Source of the DNA: Terrimicrobiaceae bacterium
GTDB taxonomy: Bacteria; Verrucomicrobiota; Verrucomicrobiia; Chthoniobacterales; Terrimicrobiaceae
Assembly (NCBI GenBank): GCA_041752695.1
Contig: JBGSVZ010000047.1
Span: forward strand, 1 to 64,000
Direction of reading: 5' to 3'
DNA: 64,000 nt
Shown piece by piece: positions 9,281 through 19,406 of this stretch. The stretch's first letter is position 1; each line of letters opens with the position of its first letter. Under the pieces are notes generated by a model. The model was given only the letters and a program-made list of their open reading frames with translations, searched no databases and was not told the origin of the DNA. Made by a program: the position numbers and the translations under genes.

Positions 9281-10780
9281 CTATTCCGCGACTCGAACGA
9301 CCCCCCGGCGAGCCTCAAGTTCCGAGCGAATCCTTTCCATGCGGGTGCGGGTGAGGGGATAGTACCAGATGAAAATCAGGGCCACGCCCCAGATCGCCGC
9401 TGGCACCAGAATGTGCACCAGCAGGAGGCGTTGGTGCAGGACGGGGTCGGAGGAGTTGACTTTGACATCAAAGCCCGTGCTCTGGAGGACCACTCCGCCC
9501 AGTCCGGCAGTGAGTGTGAGGGCGAGTTTGAAAAACCACGAATAGAAGGAATTGATCCCGCCCTCGCGCCGCCGGTAGGTTTGTTGCTCATCGTAGTCGC
9601 AGACGTCGCCCTTCATCGACGGCAGAAACAGCCAGATGGCGGAAAACGCCGAAGATTCAAAGATACCCGAGATCAGGGACAGGTAAGGATATTTCGGAGT
9701 GATGAGAAAGTAGCCGAGTAGGTGTCCGAAGATGGAAATGAGGAGGGTGGTGATGACGAGGGTGCGCTTGTCATAAAAGCGTCCGAGCCAGGTCCAGAAG
9801 GGAATGGTGGCCAGTCCGGTGACGGTGGTGATGGTGCCTTTCCAACCGGAGACGATCCCGGCCTGGGACAGGTCGCCGCCGCAGACATAGTAGATATGCA
9901 CATAACCGCCGACCCCGCCGGTGGCGGAGGAACCGACCACGAGGAAGAAAGACACCCCGATGAGAATCCAGAGCGGGCGGTTGTGGAAGGATTCCCGGAT
10001 ACTTTGCCAGAACGGTTCCCTGGCGGGCCTGGAAGAACCCGGGGCAGGTTTGGCGGAGGCAAAGACCCTTTCCTTGACCATCAGCGCCGGGGCCAGGCCG
10101 AAGATGAGGATGAGCCCGGCGAAAAACCAGCACATCGTCTGCATGCCGTTCACGAGATCCGGCTTCCCGGTTTCCGGATTGGCGAAGCGGCTGCTGGCAA
10201 TCAAGGCCATGTTCCAACCGCTGAAGAGGGCGACGAATTTGTAGAAAACCGTCATCCACGCGGTCAGACGTGTGCGCTCGTGGTAGTTCGGCGTCAGCTC
10301 CATTTGCAGGCTGTAGTACGGCATGGCCCAGACCGTGTTGACCGTGTAAAAGGCGAGCCCGACGATGAGCAGATAGAAAAATTGTCCCTGGGCCGAAAGA
10401 TCGGCCGGCATGAACCAAAAGAGCGGGTACACCAAAGCGCTGCCAATCGCTCCCACGACCAGATAGGGAATGCGGCGACCCCAACGGGTGGGAAAGTTGT
10501 CCGAGATATACCCCATGAGCGGATCGTTGATCCCATCCCAGGCGCGAAGAATCATCAGGACGATCCCGATGGCCACGGGGGACATGCCGAAGCCGATGTT
10601 GAAAATGGGCAGGAACAGCCCAACGAGCAGGGAACCACAGACGAGGTCCATGTTCGCACCGAGGCTGAACCCGATTTTTTCGTGAAGCGGGATGCGTTCG
10701 TTCTCGGGCACAAACGCAGGTGCCTTGGAGCCACGACTGACGGCGGTGGCCGGCGTTCCGGCGGGGGACGGCGCGCTCAC
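9281..10780 (-). CDS. MFS glycoside-pentoside-hexuronide (MelB-like) sugar transporter
   Basis: RAWDGINDPLMGYISDN..TRWGRRIPY, ELTPNYHERTRL, DVCDYDE..RREG motifs; multiple TM segments. Confidence 0.9.
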   Translation of the reverse strand: MSAPSPAGTPATAVSRGSKAPAFVPENERIPLHEKIGFSLGANMDLVCGSLLVGLFLPIFNIGFGMSPVAIGIVLMILRAWDGINDPLMGYISDNFPTRWGRRIPYLVVGAIGSALVYPLFWFMPADLSAQGQFFYLLIVGLAFYTVNTVWAMPYYSLQMELTPNYHERTRLTAWMTVFYKFVALFSGWNMALIASSRFANPETGKPDLVNGMQTMCWFFAGLILIFGLAPALMVKERVFASAKPAPGSSRPAREPFWQSIRESFHNRPLWILIGVSFFLVVGSSATGGVGGYVHIYYVCGGDLSQAGIVSGWKGTITTVTGLATIPFWTWLGRFYDKRTLVITTLLISIFGHLLGYFLITPKYPYLSLISGIFESSAFSAIWLFLPSMKGDVCDYDEQQTYRRREGGINSFYSWFFKLALTLTAGLGGVVLQSTGFDVKVNSSDPVLHQRLLLVHILVPAAIWGVALIFIWYYPLTRTRMERIRSELEARRGVVRVAE

Positions 10781-10791
10781 GACCAGATCAC

Positions 10792-12126
10792 TTAGGTATC
10801 CCAGGTCACTTCGTCGGCAAAGGCATTCGTCTCCACGCGGAAATCCTCCGCGCGCGTAACCATCTTTCCGCCCGACTGAATGCTAATAAACTGAATCTGG
10901 CGCACGCGGCGTTCCGCATCCCGGCCGAGAATGAGGCTGTGGCGGCGGGGCACCTGATGGAAGCGAATATTCGCAAAGCGAATGTTTTCGATCACGCCCC
11001 CTCCTTCGCGCCGCTCGCCGGGAATGCCGTAAACGTCGTCGAGAAAGAGGAGGGAAAACGGATTGCCCGAACAATATTCGACATCAATGTCCTCGAAAAC
11101 GATGTCATGAATCCGGGTATCGGCCAGGGCTTGCACTGCGAAAGCCGCGGCCCAGTCTCCGCAGGTGCCGGTGACCCGCACCAGATCGGTTCGTTCGAAG
11201 CGAATGGCGTGAATCTCCGAAGCCCAAGTCTCCGTGCCGACCACGAGGCCGTTGTTGTTGTCGCTCCAAAACAGGCAATCGCGCACCGTGATGTTGCGGA
11301 TGGGTTTGAGGGCTGCCAGCGGGGTTTTGCGCTGCAGGCCCTTGATGGAAATGCAGTCGTCCTTGCAGCGGGCAAAACAGCGTTCGATGAGGACGTCACG
11401 CGAGTCGCAGGGGTTGATTCCATCGGTTGAATAGGGGCGTTCTGAAAGGACGGTGATGTCGCGGACGACCACGCGATCACAATTGCGAAAGACGACGTTC
11501 CACGTGCAGCCATCGAGGAAAATTGGACCTTCGACCACAATGTCCTGGCAATCGATCATTTCGAGCGGATGGCGCTCGGGGGATTTCCCCCCGAATGGCA
11601 GGTGGGACTGGCGCAGGATGCCCCGGCCAGTGATGCGAATGTGATTCGCGCCGACCGCGCGGATTGCGCCGTACACTTCCGCACCGGCTGCGAGGTGAAG
11701 TTCGTCGCCGGACTGCAGCTCGATGAGACCCGGTCGGTGTTCCCCTGGTCCGAAGGAAATCAGGCGTCCGGGCGGAACCGGCGATGGGATTTCCGGCGGA
11801 CGGGCAAAGATGAAGAAGGGGAGTTCCAGGGTTTGATCCCATTCGAGGAGATAGCTCCCGGGTTCTTCGATAGAAATCTCCGCAACGGTGCCATCCCAAG
11901 CGGCTGCGATCTCCTTGCGGCGGGGCAAGACGCGGACTTCGTCAATCTGGCGATGCGGTTGCACCCTGACAGTAACCAGGGCGTGCAGATCGAGGAAAAT
12001 CCACGACATCGTGCCGCCCGCGTAGCCCGTGTGGTTGTAGACATAAACTTCCTGTCCGTCGACCCAGGCGCGGTATTCGATGGAGGGTTGGATGGTGGGG
12101 CGGGAGTGGGTGGTGGCGGAGGACAC
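10792..12126 (-). CDS. GH28-like parallel beta-helix glycoside hydrolase
   Basis: ITGRGIL, STDGINPCDSRDVLIERCFARCKDDCISIK motif. Confidence 0.75.
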   Translation of the reverse strand: MSSATTHSRPTIQPSIEYRAWVDGQEVYVYNHTGYAGGTMSWIFLDLHALVTVRVQPHRQIDEVRVLPRRKEIAAAWDGTVAEISIEEPGSYLLEWDQTLELPFFIFARPPEIPSPVPPGRLISFGPGEHRPGLIELQSGDELHLAAGAEVYGAIRAVGANHIRITGRGILRQSHLPFGGKSPERHPLEMIDCQDIVVEGPIFLDGCTWNVVFRNCDRVVVRDITVLSERPYSTDGINPCDSRDVLIERCFARCKDDCISIKGLQRKTPLAALKPIRNITVRDCLFWSDNNNGLVVGTETWASEIHAIRFERTDLVRVTGTCGDWAAAFAVQALADTRIHDIVFEDIDVEYCSGNPFSLLFLDDVYGIPGERREGGGVIENIRFANIRFHQVPRRHSLILGRDAERRVRQIQFISIQSGGKMVTRAEDFRVETNAFADEVTWDT

Positions 12127-12170
12127 AGAGACGAGTTTTGATTTTTGGAGTTCGGAACGGCCGGGAAAAA

Positions 12171-13433
12171 TCAGGGCGTTTTGGGCGACGCCGCTTCCAG
12201 TTTTTCCAGCGTGTAGGCGAATTTTTGCGAGGCGTTGAAATTGCCCTGAACTTGAATTTGTTTAACCGCGGAGATGTCCCCGTTGCCGCTGAATCCTGAG
12301 CCGAGGGGAACGAGAACGTTGTCGAGATCCAGCGGCAGGTCGTCCTTTTTTATGGTGTAGAGACGGTCTCCGGTCGCGCCGATGAGCTTGATGTGGATAT
12401 CGCAGCCATTCGCGGCGTCCTTGCGCATCCTCAGGACAAGATGGCTGAAGGCCGAGAGATCGATGGGCGAATTCAGGTTAAGTCCGAACCCGCCATTGGC
12501 CGGGGCATTCATCTGCCATCCCTCCGACGATTGTGTGCCGCTTTCGTCGAGACGGGCCCAGGAGACATAGCCGTAGGAGGGTTTTTTTGTCGTGAAGTCC
12601 CAGAGCAGGGAGAGGTTTTCCAGATCGGCCTCCGCTTGCCCGGCGGGGGCCCCGGCCTGGGCGCTGGCGACTGGGGTTTCGGCCGGGGTTTTGACGCGGG
12701 CCGGATCGGCGGTGAGATGAGGTTTGAGCGCCTCGAACCAGACTTGGGCGAGTTTCCGGTGTCCGACCGGGGAGGGATGAAGTCCGTCCCCCGACCAATC
12801 GCCTTTGACAAATCCCGCCAGCTTTCCGGTGTCCACGAACACGGTGTTTTCCTTGCCGGCCAGGAGTTCGGGGAGTTGGGAGTTCAGGCCCTGGGCGAAT
12901 TTGGCATCCCAGGCGACGGGCATCACCGAGCCCACGAGGACTTTCACGCCGGGTTTGGTTGCGTGGATTTTATCCACCAGGTCCGCGAGTCTTTTGGCGC
13001 TGTCGCGGTTGGGATTGAGGTCCGGCTGCAGCTTGCCGATGTTGAAAAATTCATTCGTGCCGATCAGGAGAAGAATGATTTCGGGATCGGATTTGAGATG
13101 GTTTTCAATATTGGCGGAGATGTTTCCCTTGCCGTTGCTCCATTCATCCGCCTTGGAGGGGCCGGGACCGATGGTAAATCCTCCTGAGCCCGCATGGTCG
13201 AGTTGACCGCCGTCCGGGGCTTTTTCTTTTTTCGGACCGACCATGATCACGTCGTAACCGGCGTCGCGGAGCATTTCGTAAAGATAGAGGCGGTAGCCGG
13301 GATTGGCCTGGGTGAGGGAATCGCCGATGCAGAGGATGCGGGTCGGGTCTGCGCTGGCGCCGGATGCCATCAGGGCGGTCAAGGACGCGGTGACGACAAG
13401 GCGGCGAACCCGGGGAGGAAGACGAAAGGTCAT
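12171..13433 (-). CDS. SGNH/GDSL esterase with C-terminal CBM-like domain
   Basis: Signal peptide; GDSLT, LLIGTNE and DGLHP blocks; C-terminal beta-rich domain. Confidence 0.82.
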   Translation of the reverse strand: MTFRLPPRVRRLVVTASLTALMASGASADPTRILCIGDSLTQANPGYRLYLYEMLRDAGYDVIMVGPKKEKAPDGGQLDHAGSGGFTIGPGPSKADEWSNGKGNISANIENHLKSDPEIILLLIGTNEFFNIGKLQPDLNPNRDSAKRLADLVDKIHATKPGVKVLVGSVMPVAWDAKFAQGLNSQLPELLAGKENTVFVDTGKLAGFVKGDWSGDGLHPSPVGHRKLAQVWFEALKPHLTADPARVKTPAETPVASAQAGAPAGQAEADLENLSLLWDFTTKKPSYGYVSWARLDESGTQSSEGWQMNAPANGGFGLNLNSPIDLSAFSHLVLRMRKDAANGCDIHIKLIGATGDRLYTIKKDDLPLDLDNVLVPLGSGFSGNGDISAVKQIQVQGNFNASQKFAYTLEKLEAASPKTP

Positions 13434-13478
13434 GATCTCGAATGGCGTGCCCCAGCTATTCCCTCAATGGCCGGAAGG

Positions 13479-13544
13479 TGCAAACCCTTGCAACGCGCCG
13501 GGGTGGGATTCCGGTTGCAGGTTGCCATCCTGCAACGACTTGCA
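13479..13544. promoter_or_regulatory. Two perfect TGCAA-N4-TTGCA operator candidates
   Basis: TGCAAacccTTGCA (13479-13492) and TGCAAcgacTTGCA (13531-13544) in a divergent intergenic region. Confidence 0.65.
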
Positions 13545-13591
13545 CGACCAAGGATCTGGGTTTTTCGGATTTTTGGGTTAAGTTCCGTTTC

Positions 13592-14104
13592 ATGAACGTC
13601 CTTCTCCCCAAGCTGGTCGCCGGGTTGACCCTCCTGGCCGCCATCCCGCTGGCCCCGGCGCAGGACAATCTTTGTGAAAATCCGGATTTTGAAGGCGAGA
13701 CTGAGCGCTGGAGTATTTCCGGCCCGTCGGGTTCCTATGCCGTATCCGAAACCGGCCCCGAGGGTGCCCGGGCCCTCACCTTTACGCTGCCCGAGGAGGG
13801 TGGAAAACGTTTCAGCTTTTTCCAAAACACCGACCTCTCGCTGGCGGAAAAATATCGGGTGAGTTTTTTTGCCCGGTCCGACAAGCCCCTGACCATCCTG
13901 GTCGGTCCCCAGCGCGGCGAGGGAAACTACGGTTCCATCGGCGACGGCTCCACCACAACGATCGGGCCGGAGTGGAAGCTTCATCGGCTGAACATCACGG
14001 TCCGGGAAGGGACCACCCTGGGTCGTCTGGTTTTCCTGCCGATCGACCCCGTTCCCGGGGGGACGGTTCAGTTCGCGCGCTTTCAATTCGAGACTGTTCC
14101 CTGA
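13592..14104 (+). CDS. Secreted CBM4/9-like carbohydrate-binding domain protein
   Basis: Signal peptide; NLCENPDFE..W, YRVSFFARS and IGPEWK patterns. Confidence 0.65.
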   Translation: MNVLLPKLVAGLTLLAAIPLAPAQDNLCENPDFEGETERWSISGPSGSYAVSETGPEGARALTFTLPEEGGKRFSFFQNTDLSLAEKYRVSFFARSDKPLTILVGPQRGEGNYGSIGDGSTTTIGPEWKLHRLNITVREGTTLGRLVFLPIDPVPGGTVQFARFQFETVP

Positions 14105-14109
14105 GGGAT

Positions 14110-14123
14110 TGCAAGGCGTTGCA
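14110..14123. promoter_or_regulatory. TGCAA-N4-TTGCA operator candidate
   Basis: TGCAAggcgTTGCA upstream of the prepilin-type gene. Confidence 0.6.
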
Positions 14124-14176
14124 TTTCCGCTAGCTTGCTTCCCTTCTTCCCCGGCTGAAAATTAATTCAACTCCCC

Positions 14177-14911
14177 ATGAATTTCCTTCTTCGCTCCCCC
14201 TCCCGCCATGCTTTTACGCTGGTTGAAACCCTTGTTGCGGTCGGTGTGATCGCCGTTCTCGCCGCTTTTCTCTTTCCAGCGGTAAGTTCCGGCCAGCGGA
14301 GCGCCCTCCAAACCAAATGCCTTGGCAATCTCAGGGAGGTGGCGACCGCCATGAACCTTTACGCGAACGAAAGCAACGGAAACTATCCGGCAAGCTATGG
14401 AGATCCCGCCGGACAATCCGAGCAATGGAGCACGTGGATCTGGAAGCTGACGCCCTATGTGCCGACGGACAACGGGGGCCGCGGCACCGCGAAAGATTTC
14501 TTTTCCTGCGCCGCCAAGCCGAAAACCGCTACGGCCAATACCGCCACCTATGGAGTGAATAGTTACATGATGGTCGGTTGGGGGAATTGGTACCCCGCGA
14601 ACGCGAACTGGTCCTACAGTCGGAGCCGGATTCCAAGTCCCAGCAAAACGATTCTCGTCGGAGATATGGATACCGTGAATAACGATATCCTGGCCACTTC
14701 GGACCGGAGAAGCTTCATGGGTGATCAGTCTTTCGGTCCGGGCTTTCGGCACGGTCCAAAAAATGGCACCACCCGAGCGGGTTATGCCCGGGCAAACATG
14801 GCCTTCTGTGACGGGCATGTGGAGGCGCTTTCTCCCAGTGAGCTTTTGCGGAATCCCCCTGAACTGGCCAGCAACCCGATCGAGACAAGAAGTCTTTGGA
14901 AGTGGTGGTAG
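14177..14911 (+). CDS. Prepilin-type N-terminal cleavage/methylation protein with H-X9-DG-type C-terminal motif
   Basis: AFTLVETLVAVGVIAVLAAFLFPAV, CLGNLR, RH....ANMAFCDGHVE. Confidence 0.88.
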   Translation: MNFLLRSPSRHAFTLVETLVAVGVIAVLAAFLFPAVSSGQRSALQTKCLGNLREVATAMNLYANESNGNYPASYGDPAGQSEQWSTWIWKLTPYVPTDNGGRGTAKDFFSCAAKPKTATANTATYGVNSYMMVGWGNWYPANANWSYSRSRIPSPSKTILVGDMDTVNNDILATSDRRSFMGDQSFGPGFRHGPKNGTTRAGYARANMAFCDGHVEALSPSELLRNPPELASNPIETRSLWKWW

Positions 14912-14920
14912 TGCAGGCGG

Positions 14921-15622
14921 CTACCGCACGGCGGCTTCCGCCTGTTGGCGGGCCACCTCGCGGGCGCGTTCTTGCTGTTTGAGGCGGAACGCGGCGGGAA
15001 GTTCGAGCGGGGCGGATGGACTTTCGAGAAAATTATACCGCATTAACCCTTCGGCCACCAAAACCGCCACAGGCTTGCGGGTGACCGGATCGATCCAGGC
15101 CTGTTGCAGGACGGCGATGCTCTCCGGTTTCAGCCCCATTGCCTCGGCGGCCGCCCGGTCGATTTCGCGAGGTGCGGTGGTTTGATAAAAATCGCAGTCT
15201 TGCTCGCCGATTTTCGTCCGACCCAGGTGGTTCTTTTCGGAAACCCAAGCCGTCCCGTAGTAGGCCTGGGTGGCCGTGTAAAGCTCTGGCGTCCATCCGC
15301 TGAGTCGGCTGCTGGAGAGGACTTTGTTGACCTCCGCGTACACCTCGCCGTCGGCGATCCAGACGACGAGCGGAGACCCCGAGGCAAATTCGACCTCGAT
15401 TTTCTGGATGGCCCCGGTCCGGGTGATGACGATCCGGATGGGATTTTCGCCGGGGACCGTTTCGCCGGGCGTGCTTTTGGCATCCGCACGGACGAGTTCC
15501 CAGCGTCCGGACTGCGGGATGGGGGCAACGACAGCGGCCGTTGGCGAGGGGGCCTGGGCGAGGGCGATGCCGGCGGCGACAAGGTGGGTGGCGGTGAAAA
15601 GAGGGTAGAGGGGGTTATTCAT
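14921..15622 (-). CDS. Hypothetical secreted protein
   Basis: ATG overlaps the upstream stop; signal-peptide-like N-terminus. Confidence 0.65.
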   Translation of the reverse strand: MNNPLYPLFTATHLVAAGIALAQAPSPTAAVVAPIPQSGRWELVRADAKSTPGETVPGENPIRIVITRTGAIQKIEVEFASGSPLVVWIADGEVYAEVNKVLSSSRLSGWTPELYTATQAYYGTAWVSEKNHLGRTKIGEQDCDFYQTTAPREIDRAAAEAMGLKPESIAVLQQAWIDPVTRKPVAVLVAEGLMRYNFLESPSAPLELPAAFRLKQQERAREVARQQAEAAVR

Positions 15623-18600
15623 AGACAACTTCCAGTTTGGACTCGATGACCTCGCCGGTGATGCGGTCGATGGCGACATGCAGCCAGTAGCGCCGGGCAC
15701 CCTCGACGGTGAATTCGGAGAGGGCGGTGGCCTTCGGGAGAAAGCGGCCGGACTCCGCGATCACATCGATCAGCAGGTTCCACGTCCGGGTCTGGGTGTT
15801 GGGTGCGAGGGCTCGAACGGCCGCCTCGCGTTGAGTTTTGATCGCGGGGAGCGCGGCGTTTACCGTCCCTGGCAAGAGGGCGGCAGGAAGATCTGCGCGG
15901 TTGCGGAACGGGCCACCCAAAGGGGTGGGGGCGGCCAGGACGGCGTCCGCGATGGTGGTGGCTTCCGTGGCGCTAATCCTGGTCGCCACATCGAATTCAT
16001 CGCGCAGCGAACCCGTCAGCAGCGCGGCCAGGACGGGGCCATTTTTGGTATTCAGACTCACCCGACCGGCAACAAGGTCGGTGTCCTCCAGGCAGAACAG
16101 GTCCAGCAGCCCTGCATCGGCGGATTTGTCGGAGAAAAAATCGAGGGTTTTCCAGGGGATGTCACGGAAGACATACCCAAGCTCGGCCACGGAGCGGAAC
16201 GGGCGGTTCAGGATGATTGGCCGGGCGGCCGTAACACCGGTTTGCATGGGGTTGGCAGTGGTCGCCAGATAACCATCCCCCGGGCGCACGACACCGTCCA
16301 AATCGGCCAGGGTTTGGGTGCTTTGATTCCGATAGAGCAACCCCGGATTGCTGGGAGTGCCGCCACTTTTGTCCTGATCGAGACCCTGACCATTGGGTGA
16401 CCCGGGTAACATCGGGTTTTGGAAGGTCGGACTATAACTCACGCCGGAGCGGAACCGAAACGTGCGGGGGTCGGACTTGGGATAGGAGACGTTCGCGGCG
16501 GAGCTATTTGTGTTGGCGCTCGCGCCGCCGCCGTTGAAATTGTTCATAAAGGTGTTTCCTCCTCCCTGGACTCCGGTGGTGCCCAGCGCTGTAAAGTGCC
16601 CGGCAAAGGTGGAGTAAGGATGCCAGACGCCGTTCCCGTCTTGAAATTCCAGCGCGGGAACAAACTTTGTGATCGCCAGGGAGGTGAATTTGCTGCCTGT
16701 CCAGGTGGCCGGGATCGCGCGATTGACATTCAATAAAGCCCAGCCATTGACCACCGGCGTGAGAGTGTTCAGTCGCGTGGCGGTGTCCGCGCTATTATTG
16801 GAAAGTCGCGGAACGCCTTGGTATCCGGCGAGATTGTCCAAGACAATCGGGGTCGTAGGGAAGGGGACACTGGGCGGGAGTTCCGGGTAGGCACTGTTGA
16901 CCCTGGCGTACGATCCATTCGGGTTGCCCGGTCCCCCGGGACTGCCGATTTGGATATAGTTCATGGTCACCCTGGCATCGGCGTTGGCCACGATGCGCGC
17001 CTGGACAGGGCCAGCGGCGGGGATGGTGCCCTGATGAGGATTCCAAAGTTCGAAATAGGCGTAGAGCGCGCCAGAAGCGCCGGGAAAACCTGCGGGGAAA
17101 TGGGCCTTAAAAAAGATTTCACTGAAATAGGGGAGGCTCTCGATGCCATAAACTTCAGTGGCCCCCACTCGGATCGTCGTCGGATAGTTATCCACGTCGG
17201 TTTGATCGGCCATGTTGGCGATCAAACGTGCGACCTGGTGGTGGACATTGGATTCCGGCGAATAGGTCGTGCCCGGAGGACCTGTTTCGTAAACCAGTCC
17301 GGTGTTCTGCGCCGCCACCCCAAGGGACTGGTTGACGATGGCGGCTTTCATCAGTTCAAAAAGATCCGGGTCGCGGCCGGAACTGATGGCGGCTTGGGGT
17401 GTGCCAATGGTCGCGCTGCGATAGGTCCAGGCGCGGTGGGTCGCGGAGGCATCGGCGGCGGGCGTGAGCCCGAAAAGTCGCTCGACGGAAGCTATTTCCC
17501 CCGGGGTCAGGGTGGACGGATCCTTTTCCAGAAGGCTGAGATTTTGCAGCGCGAACCTCCGGATGGGCCGGTTGTTCCGGTAGAGCGTGCCGAAAGCGGG
17601 GTTGAGGGTGGCGTCCGTTCCGACGGAAAGCGACGGGCTGTTGAGTTCGCGACTGAAGGTGCCCAGATACCGCAGGGCAGGGGCGAAGCTGTTGCGGGTC
17701 GCGTAGTCAATCAAGTCCTGCCGGCCCAGGAACGTGTTGTCGCTGCCAGTCGCATCGCCGGCGACCCGGGTAAACCCGGTGGCCGCGCCCGTGCCGGAAA
17801 CCACCTGGGTAAACGTGGCACGCGACCAGGCATTGCGCCAGTCCACCAGATCCCGGGCCGCGGTCGCGGCGATTCCCGGAATGGCGGTGAGATCCGCGAA
17901 GGCCGTGTAGGCCTTGCCGCCGAGGTCACGCGCGGCCGGCACATTCCCCGGGCTGGTGGGATAACCTGCCACGGTGAGGTCAAGCAGCCCGCCCTGATCG
18001 TAAACGGCATAGGCGTAGCGGCCCAAGATGAACTCCGTGGATGCCGGATCGGCCAGGGTGGCGGTATAAGAGCCTAAATTCTCCGCTCCGGAGCGGCTCA
18101 CGTAGATCCAGTCCGGCGTGACGAAGGAGCCGGGATCGACCAGCAATTGGGGTTTGTTCCATCGGGCTGCGCTGATGGCCCGGCCATTGGCGGACGCTGT
18201 GGCGGTGGGCGCGGCCGAGGCGCGGACGGGCGGAAGGCTGGCCGTGTCGTAGTCGCCGGCCGGGTAGGCGGATGCGACGGTGTTGGTGTTCGACAAACTG
18301 CGTCGGATCAGATTGGGCTCCGTGCCCTGGCCGTAGCGGGCGGGAACCATCGATGTCCGGGTTTTCGGCAAATACACGGAATTCGACCCGGTGGTGACAT
18401 TGGTCGAGCCCGCCCGGATTTCCTGCTGCAAATCGGCGATGATCAGTTCCAGGGCGCCGCGGCCCAGTTCCTCCGCCTTCAGTGACTGTGCGTAGTTGCG
18501 GCTCGAGGAACGGTCGATCCGGCTGACGGTGATGAACGTCACCAAAAGAATGCTCACGATCACGAGGAAGGTGAGTACAACGATGAGGGCGATGCCCCGG

Positions 18601-18626
18601 CGGGAATTTCTGGGGAGAGTTTTCAT
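15615..18626 (-). CDS. Large PilX-like pilin-cassette protein (Verru_Chthon cassette protein A-like)
   Basis: RRGIALIVVLTFLVIVSILLV N-terminus; GRYAYAVYD, RPFRSVAELGYVFR and GRVSLNT motifs. Confidence 0.8.
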   Translation of the reverse strand: MKTLPRNSRRGIALIVVLTFLVIVSILLVTFITVSRIDRSSSRNYAQSLKAEELGRGALELIIADLQQEIRAGSTNVTTGSNSVYLPKTRTSMVPARYGQGTEPNLIRRSLSNTNTVASAYPAGDYDTASLPPVRASAAPTATASANGRAISAARWNKPQLLVDPGSFVTPDWIYVSRSGAENLGSYTATLADPASTEFILGRYAYAVYDQGGLLDLTVAGYPTSPGNVPAARDLGGKAYTAFADLTAIPGIAATAARDLVDWRNAWSRATFTQVVSGTGAATGFTRVAGDATGSDNTFLGRQDLIDYATRNSFAPALRYLGTFSRELNSPSLSVGTDATLNPAFGTLYRNNRPIRRFALQNLSLLEKDPSTLTPGEIASVERLFGLTPAADASATHRAWTYRSATIGTPQAAISSGRDPDLFELMKAAIVNQSLGVAAQNTGLVYETGPPGTTYSPESNVHHQVARLIANMADQTDVDNYPTTIRVGATEVYGIESLPYFSEIFFKAHFPAGFPGASGALYAYFELWNPHQGTIPAAGPVQARIVANADARVTMNYIQIGSPGGPGNPNGSYARVNSAYPELPPSVPFPTTPIVLDNLAGYQGVPRLSNNSADTATRLNTLTPVVNGWALLNVNRAIPATWTGSKFTSLAITKFVPALEFQDGNGVWHPYSTFAGHFTALGTTGVQGGGNTFMNNFNGGGASANTNSSAANVSYPKSDPRTFRFRSGVSYSPTFQNPMLPGSPNGQGLDQDKSGGTPSNPGLLYRNQSTQTLADLDGVVRPGDGYLATTANPMQTGVTAARPIILNRPFRSVAELGYVFRDIPWKTLDFFSDKSADAGLLDLFCLEDTDLVAGRVSLNTKNGPVLAALLTGSLRDEFDVATRISATEATTIADAVLAAPTPLGGPFRNRADLPAALLPGTVNAALPAIKTQREAAVRALAPNTQTRTWNLLIDVIAESGRFLPKATALSEFTVEGARRYWLHVAIDRITGEVIESKLEVVYE

Positions 18627-19406
18627 CTAGCGGGAGAGGGGAAAAACTCGTTCGAAGACCCGCAGTCCCGAGCGGATTTTTTCGGGGAACGCGGAAGCAA
18701 AAGCGGGATCGTCGAGGGTATTCCTCCAGGAAACCAAATAGCTCTCGGTGGGAACGGGAAGCTGCGGCGGCAACAGGGCCTGCAGGGCGGCGAGCTGCCC
18801 TGACTGGTTCAAGAGCGCAAACCCGGTTCCGTCCAGCACGGCCATGGCGACGCCGAGCGCACGTGTCGTGTCCGAGTACTCGGCCTGATAGTTCCCGGCA
18901 CTGTCCAGGAAGAAAAATTCCAGCCGCACAATACCACTGGAGAGTTGTTGGTAGTCGGCCGCGGTGAGGTTGGCAAAGCGCGGGATGGCCGTCGCGGTGC
19001 CGAAGTCGATACCGGAAGTGTCTGACCACGGCACGGCGAGACTGGCCCGCTCCAGCACTCCCGCGGCGGGGTCAACTTTATAGGCAACCAGGGAGAGTGC
19101 CCTGTCTCCACCCAGACCCGTGCGCCGACTGAAGAAGGCCGGCTGAAAATTGCCCCCGTCGTCGCGGAAGGCGGCGAGGTCGGGACGAAAGACGCCCCCG
19201 GCCACATCCTGGGAAATCAGTTCAAGGGCGGCACGCGCCTTCGCGAAGTTATCCGCCCGGCGCAGTCCCTCGCCGACGCTGCGCGACGTGATCCCTCCGA
19301 GTTGAGCCAGTCCCACCACCATGAGCGCCAGGACGGCCGTCGCCACCAGGAGTTCGATCAAAGTGAACGCCTGGCCTCTCCTGGACGATGCGACGGAGTT
19401 TTTCAT
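18627..19406 (-). CDS. PilW/PulJ-like pseudopilin (Verru_Chthon cassette protein C-like)
   Basis: AFTLIELLVATAVLALMVV N-terminus and cassette position. Confidence 0.78.
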   Translation of the reverse strand: MKNSVASSRRGQAFTLIELLVATAVLALMVVGLAQLGGITSRSVGEGLRRADNFAKARAALELISQDVAGGVFRPDLAAFRDDGGNFQPAFFSRRTGLGGDRALSLVAYKVDPAAGVLERASLAVPWSDTSGIDFGTATAIPRFANLTAADYQQLSSGIVRLEFFFLDSAGNYQAEYSDTTRALGVAMAVLDGTGFALLNQSGQLAALQALLPPQLPVPTESYLVSWRNTLDDPAFASAFPEKIRSGLRVFERVFPLSR

